Assembly: GCA_963806035.1 (NCBI GenBank)
Contig: CAWDWO010000026.1
Span: 32,001 to 96,000 of the forward strand
Direction of reading: 5' to 3'
Length of the DNA: 64,000 nucleotides
Source: Candidatus Krumholzibacteriota bacterium
GTDB lineage: Bacteria; Krumholzibacteriota; Krumholzibacteriia; JAJRXK01
Shown here: positions 27,226 through 35,141 of the stretch, one piece after another
How positions within the stretch are numbered: position 1 is the stretch's first letter
How the letters are laid out: each line of letters starts with the position of its first letter
Program-made: the position numbers and the translations under genes
Notes under the pieces: model-generated
Seen by the model: the letters and a program-made list of their open reading frames with translations, nothing else
The model's database searches: none
What the model was told of the DNA's origin: nothing

Positions 27226-28743
27226 ATGTCGCTCAACGACAATCGCCTGGCCGAGTTGGTGCGTGCGGCGCAAGGTCGCGCCGCGGCGCAGAGGAACGAG
27301 TCCTCTACGGCGGTTCCCGCCGCGGGAGCCGGTGCTGCGCCGGCCACCACCCGTCCGCTTCGCTCTTCGAGTCTGGGGCAGGGTATTCCCGGCGGCGGCG
27401 CTTCCGCCGAGTCCGCGATGAACGGGGTCTTCACGACCCTGGATGAAGCGGCGCGAGCGGCGAAGGCCGCCTTTCTCCAGTACTGCGAGTTCCCTCTGCG
27501 TCGTCGCGCGGAAATGATCGAGCGCATTCGCGTGAGGCTGCAGGAGCGAGTCCCGCTTCTTTCGGAATTGGCGGTCGCCGAGACCGGACTGGGGCGGGCC
27601 GAGGACAAGCAGATCAAGAACAGCCTGGTCATCCGCAAGACGCCGGGGCCGGAAATTTTGCGGCCAGAGAGCGTGAGTGGCGATGACGGCCTGATGCTCA
27701 CCGAATGGGCTCCCTACGGAGTGATCGGATCGATCACGCCGGTGACCAATCCCAGCGAGACCATCATCAACAACGGCATCGCCATGCTCGCGGCCGGGAA
27801 TACCGTGGTCTTCAATCCACACCCCTCCGCCAAGAACGTCTCCCGACTCGCCATGTCGATCATGAACGAAGCGGCCCAGGAGCTGGGGGCGCCCAAGAAC
27901 CTGCTGTGTTGCGTGAAGGAGCCCACCCTGGAGAGCGCGCAAGCCCTGATGCACCACAAGGCGGTGCGTCTGCTCGTGGTCACCGGCGGGCCCGGAGTGG
28001 TGCGCGCGGCCCTGGATTCGGGAAAGAAGTGCATCACGGGGGGACCGGGGAATCCGCCCGCGGTGGTGGACGAAACCGCGGACATCGCCAAGGCGGCGCG
28101 TGACATCACCCTGGGCGGAGGGCTGGACAACGGCATCATCTGCACCTGTGAAAAAGAAATCATCGTGGTGAAGTCGGTGAAGGACGCGCTGCTGAAGGAG
28201 CTTCAGCGCTGCGGCAACCGGATTCTCAACAGCGAGGAGATCGCGCGGCTGGAGAAGGTGATCTTCGAGGAAACCAGGGGGCCCAGAAAGAAAGCCGTGA
28301 TCAACCGTCAGTGGGTGGGAAAGACGGCGCGCACGATTCTGGCCAAGATCGGCGTCGAGGTGCCCGAGAGCTGTCGCCTCGCCATTCTTCCGGTGCCCGT
28401 GGAACATCCCCTGCTGTGGACTGAACAATTGATGCCGATGATGCCGCTGTGCGCGGTCGACGACGCCGAGGAAGCGATGCGCCTGGCGGTGGAGATGGAA
28501 GCGGGGAACGGTCACACTTTCGTGATGCACAGCCGGCGCGTGGATCGTTTGGGCAAGATGGCGCGCATGTGCAATGCTTCCATCTTCGTGAAGAACGGTC
28601 CCAACTTCGCCGGCCTCGGAGAGGGAGGAGAGGGGTTCACCTCTTTCACCATCGCCACTCCCACCGGCGAAGGGCTCACCGACCCGCGTTCCTTCTCCCG
28701 TCTTCGGCGCTGCACCCTCGTGGGTGAATTCAGAATCGTCTAG
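27226..28743 (+). CDS. CoA-acylating aldehyde dehydrogenase (EutE/PduP family) with N-terminal encapsulation peptide
   Basis: ETGLGRAEDK, PYGVIGSITPVTNPSET, VTGGPGVV, GPGNPPAVVDETAD, ICTCEKE (catalytic Cys), GEGFTSFTIATPTGEG. Confidence 0.95.
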   Translation: MSLNDNRLAELVRAAQGRAAAQRNESSTAVPAAGAGAAPATTRPLRSSSLGQGIPGGGASAESAMNGVFTTLDEAARAAKAAFLQYCEFPLRRRAEMIERIRVRLQERVPLLSELAVAETGLGRAEDKQIKNSLVIRKTPGPEILRPESVSGDDGLMLTEWAPYGVIGSITPVTNPSETIINNGIAMLAAGNTVVFNPHPSAKNVSRLAMSIMNEAAQELGAPKNLLCCVKEPTLESAQALMHHKAVRLLVVTGGPGVVRAALDSGKKCITGGPGNPPAVVDETADIAKAARDITLGGGLDNGIICTCEKEIIVVKSVKDALLKELQRCGNRILNSEEIARLEKVIFEETRGPRKKAVINRQWVGKTARTILAKIGVEVPESCRLAILPVPVEHPLLWTEQLMPMMPLCAVDDAEEAMRLAVEMEAGNGHTFVMHSRRVDRLGKMARMCNASIFVKNGPNFAGLGEGGEGFTSFTIATPTGEGLTDPRSFSRLRRCTLVGEFRIV

Positions 28744-28751
28744 GGGGAAAA

Positions 28752-29360
28752 GTGGACACGACCTCTCTGGGTCTCATCGAGTGCGGAAGTCTCGCCCGCG
28801 GCTCTCTGGTCTGCGACGCGATGCTCAAGACCGCGCAGGTTCATCTGCTCATGGCCAGCGGTGTCTCCCCGGGAAAGTTGCTCGTCGGAATCAACGGTGC
28901 GATCGCGGAGGTCGAAGCCGCGATGGAAAAGGGACTGCAAGTTTGTGATGAGCAGCTGGTGGACGCCCTCTTCTTGCCTCGGGTACACACCGAACTCGCG
29001 CGCGCATTCCACAGCTCCTTGCCCGCGGCCGGGGTGGAGGCGATGGGAGTGGTGGAGACGGCCTCGGTGTCCTCGGCTCTGCGCGCGGCGGACGCCTCGT
29101 TGAAGGCGGCGCAGGTGCGCCTGCTCTCTTTGCGTCTCGGCGCGGGCATCGGCGGCAAGGCGGTGTACCATCTCGCCGGAGAGGTGGCTGACGTAGAGGC
29201 CGCGGTGGAGGCCGGAGTCGCCGCGATCCGCATTTCCAGCCTCTTGGTGCAGACGGCGATTCTGCCCCGTCCCCATCCCGATTTCGCGGCCTACCTCGAC
29301 GGGGGGCCCGGGCAGGAGGCTCCGCCGCGAGGCGTGGTGGCCCCGCCGGGGGAGGACTAG
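28752..29360 (+). CDS. Tandem-domain BMC trimer shell protein (BMC-T, PduT-like)
   Basis: Two BMC domains: LGLIE..SLARG..DAMLK..SPGK and GVVET..AADASLKAA..GIGGK..ILPRPH. Confidence 0.93.
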   Translation: MDTTSLGLIECGSLARGSLVCDAMLKTAQVHLLMASGVSPGKLLVGINGAIAEVEAAMEKGLQVCDEQLVDALFLPRVHTELARAFHSSLPAAGVEAMGVVETASVSSALRAADASLKAAQVRLLSLRLGAGIGGKAVYHLAGEVADVEAAVEAGVAAIRISSLLVQTAILPRPHPDFAAYLDGGPGQEAPPRGVVAPPGED

Positions 29361-29361
29361 G

Positions 29362-29670
29362 ATGCAGCTGGCGCGCGTCGTGGGTACCTGTGTCGCCACC
29401 CGCAAGACCGCGGGGCTGTTGGGGGAACGACTGCTCCTGATCCAACCGCTGGATTTCGACCTGAAAGACAAGGGTAGGATCGCCGTCGCGGCCGACGTGG
29501 TCTCGGCCGCTCCGCAGGAGATCGTGTGGTTCGTCCGGAGCCGCGAGGCGGCCAACAGCCTGCAGGACCCCTTCAATCCGGTGGATTGCGCCATCGTGGG
29601 CATTCTGGACGAGCTGGAAATGCTGCACGAGGGGCGGATGCGGCGCATCTATCCCGGGGCTGAATCATGA
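29362..29670 (+). CDS. BMC pentamer vertex protein (EutN/CcmL family), second paralog
   Basis: MQLARVVGTCVATRK, VRSREAA, PVDCAIVGILD. Confidence 0.95.
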   Translation: MQLARVVGTCVATRKTAGLLGERLLLIQPLDFDLKDKGRIAVAADVVSAAPQEIVWFVRSREAANSLQDPFNPVDCAIVGILDELEMLHEGRMRRIYPGAES

Positions 29671-29948
29671 GAGTCGCGCGCGTGGTGGGCACGGTGGTGG
29701 GCAGCGTGAAGCACCCCCAGATGCACGGACGCCGCCTGCTCGTTTTGCAACCTCTGCCCTTGGGCGAGCTCTCCGGTGGAGAGCCCCTCATCGCGGTCGA
29801 CGTGACCGGAGTCGGGGTGGGTGAAGAGGTTCTCTTCGTGGACGACGGAGCCGCGGCGCGCACGATTTTGGGCAGCGCGGGCCCGGTTCGCAGCGTCGTG
29901 GTCGGGGTGGTGGACGAGACGAAGCTGGAGGGTCCCGAGGGGAGCTGA
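29667..29948 (+). CDS. BMC pentamer vertex protein (EutN/CcmL family), third paralog
   Basis: MRVARVVGTVVGSVKH, IAVDVTGVGVGE, DGAAAR, VVGVVD; ATGA overlap with the previous gene. Confidence 0.95.
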   Translation: MRVARVVGTVVGSVKHPQMHGRRLLVLQPLPLGELSGGEPLIAVDVTGVGVGEEVLFVDDGAAARTILGSAGPVRSVVVGVVDETKLEGPEGS

Positions 29949-29971
29949 TCGGGCCAAGTCCAATTTAGGCA

Positions 29972-30000
29972 TTGACTTGGCTCGGGCCGACTGCTATCAA
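29972..30000 (+). promoter_or_regulatory. Putative sigma70 promoter for hup/ihf, overlapping a hairpin at the end of the BMC operon
   Basis: TTGACT-N17-TATCAA with TGn; inverted repeat GGGCCAAGTC/GACTTGGCTC at 29951-29983. Confidence 0.45.
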
Positions 30001-30106
30001 TTCTTAGGTTTGGAGGCGTTTTCAGTACGGCGGGGTTTGCTCTCTATCCTCGCTCGAATGAGAGAAGAAGCGCTACGGAGAACTAGATTCCAGGGAGTCA
30101 GAGCCC

Positions 30107-30463
30107 ATGACCAAAGCCGAGCTCGTCGAGATGATCGCGCAGGGGACGGGTCTTTCGAAGAAAGACACCGGAGTGGTCGTGGATCTCATCCTGGAGAACG
30201 TCTCGCGGGCGCTGTGCGAGGGCGACAAGGTGGAACTGCGCGGATTCGGCAGTTTCAAGGTGAAGGAGAGACGCTCCCGCAAGGCACGTAATCCGCGGAC
30301 CGGCGACGCGGTGGAGGTGCCTTCCAAACTGGTGCCCTACTTCAAGGCCTCCAACGAGCTCAAAGCGCTCGTGGATGGCTCGGACGAGGACCACTCCGGC
30401 CTCGCGCGAGGGGAATACACCGCGCCGGGTGGCGCGGGTCAGGGCCCGGCCAGGCCGTTCTGA
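30107..30463 (+). CDS. hup: HU/IHF family DNA-binding protein
   Basis: MTKAELV, VELRGFGSFKVKER, ARNPRTG, FKASNELK. Could be IHF-beta-like. Confidence 0.93.
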   Translation: MTKAELVEMIAQGTGLSKKDTGVVVDLILENVSRALCEGDKVELRGFGSFKVKERRSRKARNPRTGDAVEVPSKLVPYFKASNELKALVDGSDEDHSGLARGEYTAPGGAGQGPARPF

Positions 30464-30520
30464 GCCCCAGCGGCCGGGCGCACTACAGTCACGCGCAGGG
30501 GAGACAACTCCCACGCGGCG

Positions 30521-30549
30521 GCCACCTGCCTTGCGGTGGGTGGCGTTTT
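30521..30549 (+). terminator. Intrinsic terminator after hup/ihf
   Basis: GCCACCTGCC-TTGC-GGTGGGTGGC followed by GTTTT. Confidence 0.55.
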
Positions 30550-30600
30550 ATCGTTATCTGCGGCTTCTTTGACGAGTCGTAACTTGGAGGTCAGGCTGAA

Positions 30601-30696
30601 ATGCCCAGTGGGAAGAAGCGGAAGCGTAAGAAGATTGCCACCCACAAGCGCAAGAAGCGCTTGCGGAAGAACCGGCACAAGAAGAAGAACAAGTAG
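30601..30696 (+). CDS. Small basic ribosomal protein bS22 / AURKAIP1-COX24 domain protein, 31 aa (absent from ORF track)
   Basis: Translates MPSGKKRKRKKIATHKRKKRLRKNRHKKKNK; GGAGG upstream. Confidence 0.9.
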   Translation: MPSGKKRKRKKIATHKRKKRLRKNRHKKKNK

Positions 30697-30721
30697 AGCC
30701 ACCGTTAGGTAGGGTTGCGTC

Positions 30722-32899
30722 GTGGATTGGGAACTCGAGATCTTGCGTTTTCTCGAGAGACGTCCGCATCGCAGCTTCAAACTGAAGGCCATGGCGCGCG
30801 CCCTGCGCGTGCCGCGCCACCAATACCGCGCGTTCCGCCGTCAAGCGCTGGACATGGCTCGCGACGGGCGAATTGCCCGTCAGCCTCGCCGGAGAGTGCA
30901 AGCGCTCTCCGGCGCCGTCGTGCTCAAAGGTACAATCGAAGCTGGGGAAGGGCTCGGGGTGCGAGTGGTCCTTTCCGACGGCGCATCGCTGCCCCTGCGA
31001 GAAGAGGATCTTTCTTCGGTGGTGGCGGGAGATCAGGTGGAGGTCTCGCGCCGCAAGATCGAAGGGGTGGACACGGCGATTCTGCGCCGCGTTCTCAAGG
31101 CGGAAAAGCGAGAGATCCTGGGCACCCTGCTGTCCGTGGGGAAGCGCTTCGTTCTCGTTCCGGAAATGAAGATCCCCGGCCTCTCCGGCGGCTTCTTCGT
31201 CGCGCAGGACATCCAGGTAGAATCGAACTGGGCCGATCAGTTGGCCCTGGGCGAGATCGGCGCCTTCGATCCCGCCACCGAGCGGCCGGAGGTGCGCAAG
31301 CTCTCGCTCCTCGGACCGGCCGAAATGCCCAAGCCCGCCATGGAGAAGCGCATCGCGAGCGAGGGCTGGCCGCGCCGCTTCAGCGATCGGGCGCTCGCCG
31401 ACGCGAAGGCACAAGCCGCTCCTCTATCCACGCGCATCGATCTCACGGAGCTCTTGATCTTGAGCATCGATCCGCACGACGCCAAGGATCACGACGACGC
31501 CGTGTCGCTGGAACTTCTCGATCAAGGGGGAGTGCGACTGGGAGTTCACATCGCGGACGTGGCCTCGCGCGTGAGCCCGCACACCAGCCTGGACCGGGAG
31601 GCGCGCGCCCGCGCCACCAGCGTCTATCCTCCGGGACAGGTTCTGCCGATGCTGCCCGAGGCGCTCTCCTCGCAGGCCTGCAGTCTGCACCACGATGTGG
31701 AAAGGGACGCGTTCACCGTCTTTTTGGAGTACGACGCGCAGGCGCAACGAAAGAAGATCGCGCTGGGCCCCTCGCTCATCAAGAGCCGCGCCTCTCTCTC
31801 GTACCGTCAGGCGCAGGCGCTCTTGGATGACGAATCCGCGGCGCCTCCGGCGAACCGGCTGGCCGCAGATCTCAAAAGCGCGCAGTTGAAGGAGAGCCTG
31901 CGGAACATGCTGACCCTCGCGCGGAAACTGCGCACGAGGCGCGAAGAAAACGGTTCGCTCTTCGTCGATCGCCCCGAGTACGTGGTCGAGTTCGACGCGA
32001 GCGGTCACGTCGATTCCCTGCGCGAGAGAACTCCCTTGAGTACGCACTGGATCATCGAGGAATTCATGCTGGAGGCGAATCGCGCGGTGGCGGAGACTCT
32101 CCACTCCGCGCAGCTTCCCCTGTTGTGGCGCGTGCACGAGGATCCGGACGAAATGAAAGTCAGCGACCTCGTCGCCACCTTGAAGGAACTGGGCGTGGAT
32201 TGGTATCCCGACGAGCCGGTGGCGGGCAAGGACTACCAGGAACTCTTTCGCCGCGTGAAAGGAAGCCGGCTGGAATCACTCGTTTCGCTTCTGGCTCTGC
32301 GTTCCTTGATGCGCGCTTCGTATCGCAGAGGACGCGGCAAGCACTTCGGTTTGGCCTTCGAATTCTACACCCATTTCACTTCGCCCATCCGACGCTACCC
32401 CGATCTGCAGAATCAACGTTGGTTGCACGCACTCGTCGCGCGCAAGGGCGGCTGGTTGAACGACGCACTGAAGGAAGCGCGCGCTCTCGCCAAGGAGCCC
32501 CTGGCCGAGGCGGCGGACTGGGAGGAGACCCTGCGCCTGGCCGATCACTGCAGCCAGCAGGAGCGCCGCGCCACCTTTCTCGAGAGGGACTGCCGGGACA
32601 TCTGCGCCGCCGACTGGCTGGCCGAGCGGATTGGAGAAGAGTGGCAGGGGATCATCACCGGAGTCGTTCGCAGCGGTCTTTTCGTGGAGCTGAAGGGCTG
32701 CGGAATGGACGGATTCGTGAGTGTTGCCGAGCTTTCGGGCGATTGGTATACCTACGACGAAAAGCGGAATTGTCTGCTGGGCGAACGCAGCGGGAAACGC
32801 TATGGTCTCGGTCAGCCGGTGCAGGTCTTGCTAAGCCACGTCGATGTGCCCACGGGCCGGGTCTGGCTTCGGGACCTCAAGAAGGTGCCGGCGCGGTGA
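30722..32899 (+). CDS. rnr: Ribonuclease R / RNase II family exoribonuclease
   Basis: SIDPHDAKDHDDAVS, VHIADV, IEEFMLEAN, HFGLA..YTHFTSPIRRYPD, C-terminal S1 domain. Confidence 0.92.
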   Translation: MDWELEILRFLERRPHRSFKLKAMARALRVPRHQYRAFRRQALDMARDGRIARQPRRRVQALSGAVVLKGTIEAGEGLGVRVVLSDGASLPLREEDLSSVVAGDQVEVSRRKIEGVDTAILRRVLKAEKREILGTLLSVGKRFVLVPEMKIPGLSGGFFVAQDIQVESNWADQLALGEIGAFDPATERPEVRKLSLLGPAEMPKPAMEKRIASEGWPRRFSDRALADAKAQAAPLSTRIDLTELLILSIDPHDAKDHDDAVSLELLDQGGVRLGVHIADVASRVSPHTSLDREARARATSVYPPGQVLPMLPEALSSQACSLHHDVERDAFTVFLEYDAQAQRKKIALGPSLIKSRASLSYRQAQALLDDESAAPPANRLAADLKSAQLKESLRNMLTLARKLRTRREENGSLFVDRPEYVVEFDASGHVDSLRERTPLSTHWIIEEFMLEANRAVAETLHSAQLPLLWRVHEDPDEMKVSDLVATLKELGVDWYPDEPVAGKDYQELFRRVKGSRLESLVSLLALRSLMRASYRRGRGKHFGLAFEFYTHFTSPIRRYPDLQNQRWLHALVARKGGWLNDALKEARALAKEPLAEAADWEETLRLADHCSQQERRATFLERDCRDICAADWLAERIGEEWQGIITGVVRSGLFVELKGCGMDGFVSVAELSGDWYTYDEKRNCLLGERSGKRYGLGQPVQVLLSHVDVPTGRVWLRDLKKVPAR

Positions 32900-32924
32900 G
32901 AGGCTCAGTCAAAAGAGGTATGGC

Positions 32925-33311
32925 ATGAACGAGCGGCCGGCAGTGGAACGCCGCAAATCGGAACGCTACGACGCGCGCCTGAACTTGAAGGTCCACTTCG
33001 GAGTCGAGGACCTCGACGAGCAACTCGATGGCATCGCGACGATCAACGTGTCCGCTTCGGGACTCTATTTCGAGAGCGAGAAGTGGATCGAGCCCATGAC
33101 CAAACTGGCCCTGAGCTTCGACGTACCCGTCGATCCCCACGACGCAGAGAAGCTGGCCGAAGTTGCATGTGAGGGCATCGTCGTGCGGGTTGCACCGGAA
33201 GAAGAGGATCCCGCGGTCCCCAGCTACGAAATTGCGGTGTTTTTCACCACGATCGACGCGGAGAGCCTGCATCACCTGGAGAGCTACCTCAGCGTCCGCC
33301 TCAGCGCCTGA
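32925..33311 (+). CDS. PilZ domain protein (c-di-GMP receptor)
   Basis: RxxxR (RRKSER) and NxSxxG (NVSASG) motifs. Confidence 0.88.
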   Translation: MNERPAVERRKSERYDARLNLKVHFGVEDLDEQLDGIATINVSASGLYFESEKWIEPMTKLALSFDVPVDPHDAEKLAEVACEGIVVRVAPEEEDPAVPSYEIAVFFTTIDAESLHHLESYLSVRLSA

Positions 33312-33439
33312 TTCGCGAGGCTTCAGCGATTTTTTGCGGCGGGGAAATCCCTAGACCGCCTATCTTCCCCATGGTAAAAAACAGGCCAGGGCCAAGTCCT
33401 GGAACCAGAGCGTTCGAGAGGCTCGAGCGTAGGAGCGCC

Positions 33440-35137
33440 GTGAGCATTGATCCTGTCATGCAGGGCCGGGGAACCCTGGCCGCGGAACTGAAGGACGCCC
33501 GCGCGGAGCTGGCGGCGGCGCACCGTGAGCTACAGGGACGGGTGGCGCAGCTGGTGATGCTCTACCGCATCGGACGCGATCTCTCCAACCACAGCAATTG
33601 GGACGAGGCTCTGGGCAAGCTCCTCGGCTCGCTCAAGAGCTTTCTCTCGGCCAAGGGCGCGGGCTTGCTCCTGTGCAGCGCGGGAGGGGAAACCGTGCAG
33701 GCGCGGCGGGTGGATGGACTCAGCCCCGAGGTGGTCGAGAGGGCGTGTCGCGGTCTCTCCGCCTCGCCACCCCGTCAGGAGGAGGAGCCCTACCTTCTGG
33801 CTCTCTCGGACATGATGGAGCACCGGCCGCTTCCCTGCGTCGATCGGAAGGAGCCCTGGGACGAGACGGTGGTTCCCCTGCGGCACCGCGACCACGACCT
33901 GGGTTATCTCCTCCTGGAAAAGCACTACGAGAACGGCGAATCCATCGCGCGCGACATCTACTTTCTCATCACCATCCAGACCATTCTCACCGAGGAAGTC
34001 GCGGGCGCGCAGGCGGTCAGCGAGTTGCGCAAACTCCAGCGATTCCAGGAGCGCACCCTGGACGAGGTGGCCAGCGCCATCGTCACCTTCGATGAACACG
34101 GGCGCCGGCTCTACGCCAACCGCAAGGGAAGAGAACTCCTGGGAGAAGAGGACACCGCACCGTCGACCCTGCGCATGGGGGGCGAGGCGGTGGAGCTTTC
34201 GGGTTGGGCCGCCCAGGCCGAGGCGGGGGCGCAGCTGGTGGGAGAGGGCTGGCTGAGCTTGCCCAAGGGTGAGTCGATTCCCGTCTCCCTGCGCGCCACG
34301 CGCATGGCGGCCGAAATGCCCGGAGAGCAACATCTGGTGGTGATCATGGAGGATCAGCGCGCCATGCGCGCCCTGGAGATCGAGCGGCGCCGCGTCTCGC
34401 GCCAGCAGGCCGATCTCATCATGGCCGCCGAATGGGCGCACGACGTGCGCACCCCGCTGACCGGGATCCTCCACAGCGCGGAGCTTCTGTGCGACGCTCT
34501 GCCGACGGATTCTCCCAAGCGAAGGCACTTCGAGGTCGTGCGAACCGAGGTCGGACGGATCAACGGACTGGTTTCCAATTTCCTGGACTTCGCGCGCCCG
34601 GTGGTGCTCAAACGCAGCCGCATCGACATGAGCGCTTTCTGCCGGGATCTGGTGGAGTTCATGCACGGTGCCGCGGAAAAACGCGGGCTCGAGTTGCGCT
34701 TCGTGGAAGCAAGGTCTGAACTCGAACTCGATGCGGACCCGAGTCAGCTCAAACAAGTCCTTTTGAATCTGTTCGAAAACTCTTTCGATGCATCGCCGCC
34801 GGGAGGAGAGGTCCTGCTGCGACTGGACGAGGAGCTCCCTCCGGCCGAGATATTGGCGCAGCGATCCACCTCCAAGGTGATCGTCCTGGAGGTGGAGGAT
34901 TCGGGAGACGGTGTTCCTCCCGAAGAAATCGAGCGGCTCTTCGTGCCCTTCTACACCACCAAGCCTGAAGGAACCGGACTGGGCTTGGCGATTTCCGAGA
35001 AGGTGATTCGTGCACACCACGGGCACCTTCGTTACTTGCGGCGCGCCGGACGCACCGTTCTGCGCGCGATCATTCCCAAGAGCTCGACCGGCGCGGCCAA
35101 GCGCGGCAGCAGGTCGAAGCTCCAAGCGAGAGGCTGA
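33440..35137 (+). CDS. Cytoplasmic sensor histidine kinase (GAF-like, PAS-like, HisKA, HATPase)
   Basis: AHDVRTPLTGI, QVLLNLFENSFDA, DSGDG, FVPFYTTK, GTGLGL; no TM segment. GTG start after AGGAG. Confidence 0.92.
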   Translation: MSIDPVMQGRGTLAAELKDARAELAAAHRELQGRVAQLVMLYRIGRDLSNHSNWDEALGKLLGSLKSFLSAKGAGLLLCSAGGETVQARRVDGLSPEVVERACRGLSASPPRQEEEPYLLALSDMMEHRPLPCVDRKEPWDETVVPLRHRDHDLGYLLLEKHYENGESIARDIYFLITIQTILTEEVAGAQAVSELRKLQRFQERTLDEVASAIVTFDEHGRRLYANRKGRELLGEEDTAPSTLRMGGEAVELSGWAAQAEAGAQLVGEGWLSLPKGESIPVSLRATRMAAEMPGEQHLVVIMEDQRAMRALEIERRRVSRQQADLIMAAEWAHDVRTPLTGILHSAELLCDALPTDSPKRRHFEVVRTEVGRINGLVSNFLDFARPVVLKRSRIDMSAFCRDLVEFMHGAAEKRGLELRFVEARSELELDADPSQLKQVLLNLFENSFDASPPGGEVLLRLDEELPPAEILAQRSTSKVIVLEVEDSGDGVPPEEIERLFVPFYTTKPEGTGLGLAISEKVIRAHHGHLRYLRRAGRTVLRAIIPKSSTGAAKRGSRSKLQARG

Positions 35138-35141
35138 TGGA

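Noticed and set aside
26627..29948. Carboxysome or canonical eut/pdu operon
   Set aside because: No RuBisCO, carbonic anhydrase, EutBC, PduCDE or glycyl-radical enzyme in the window.
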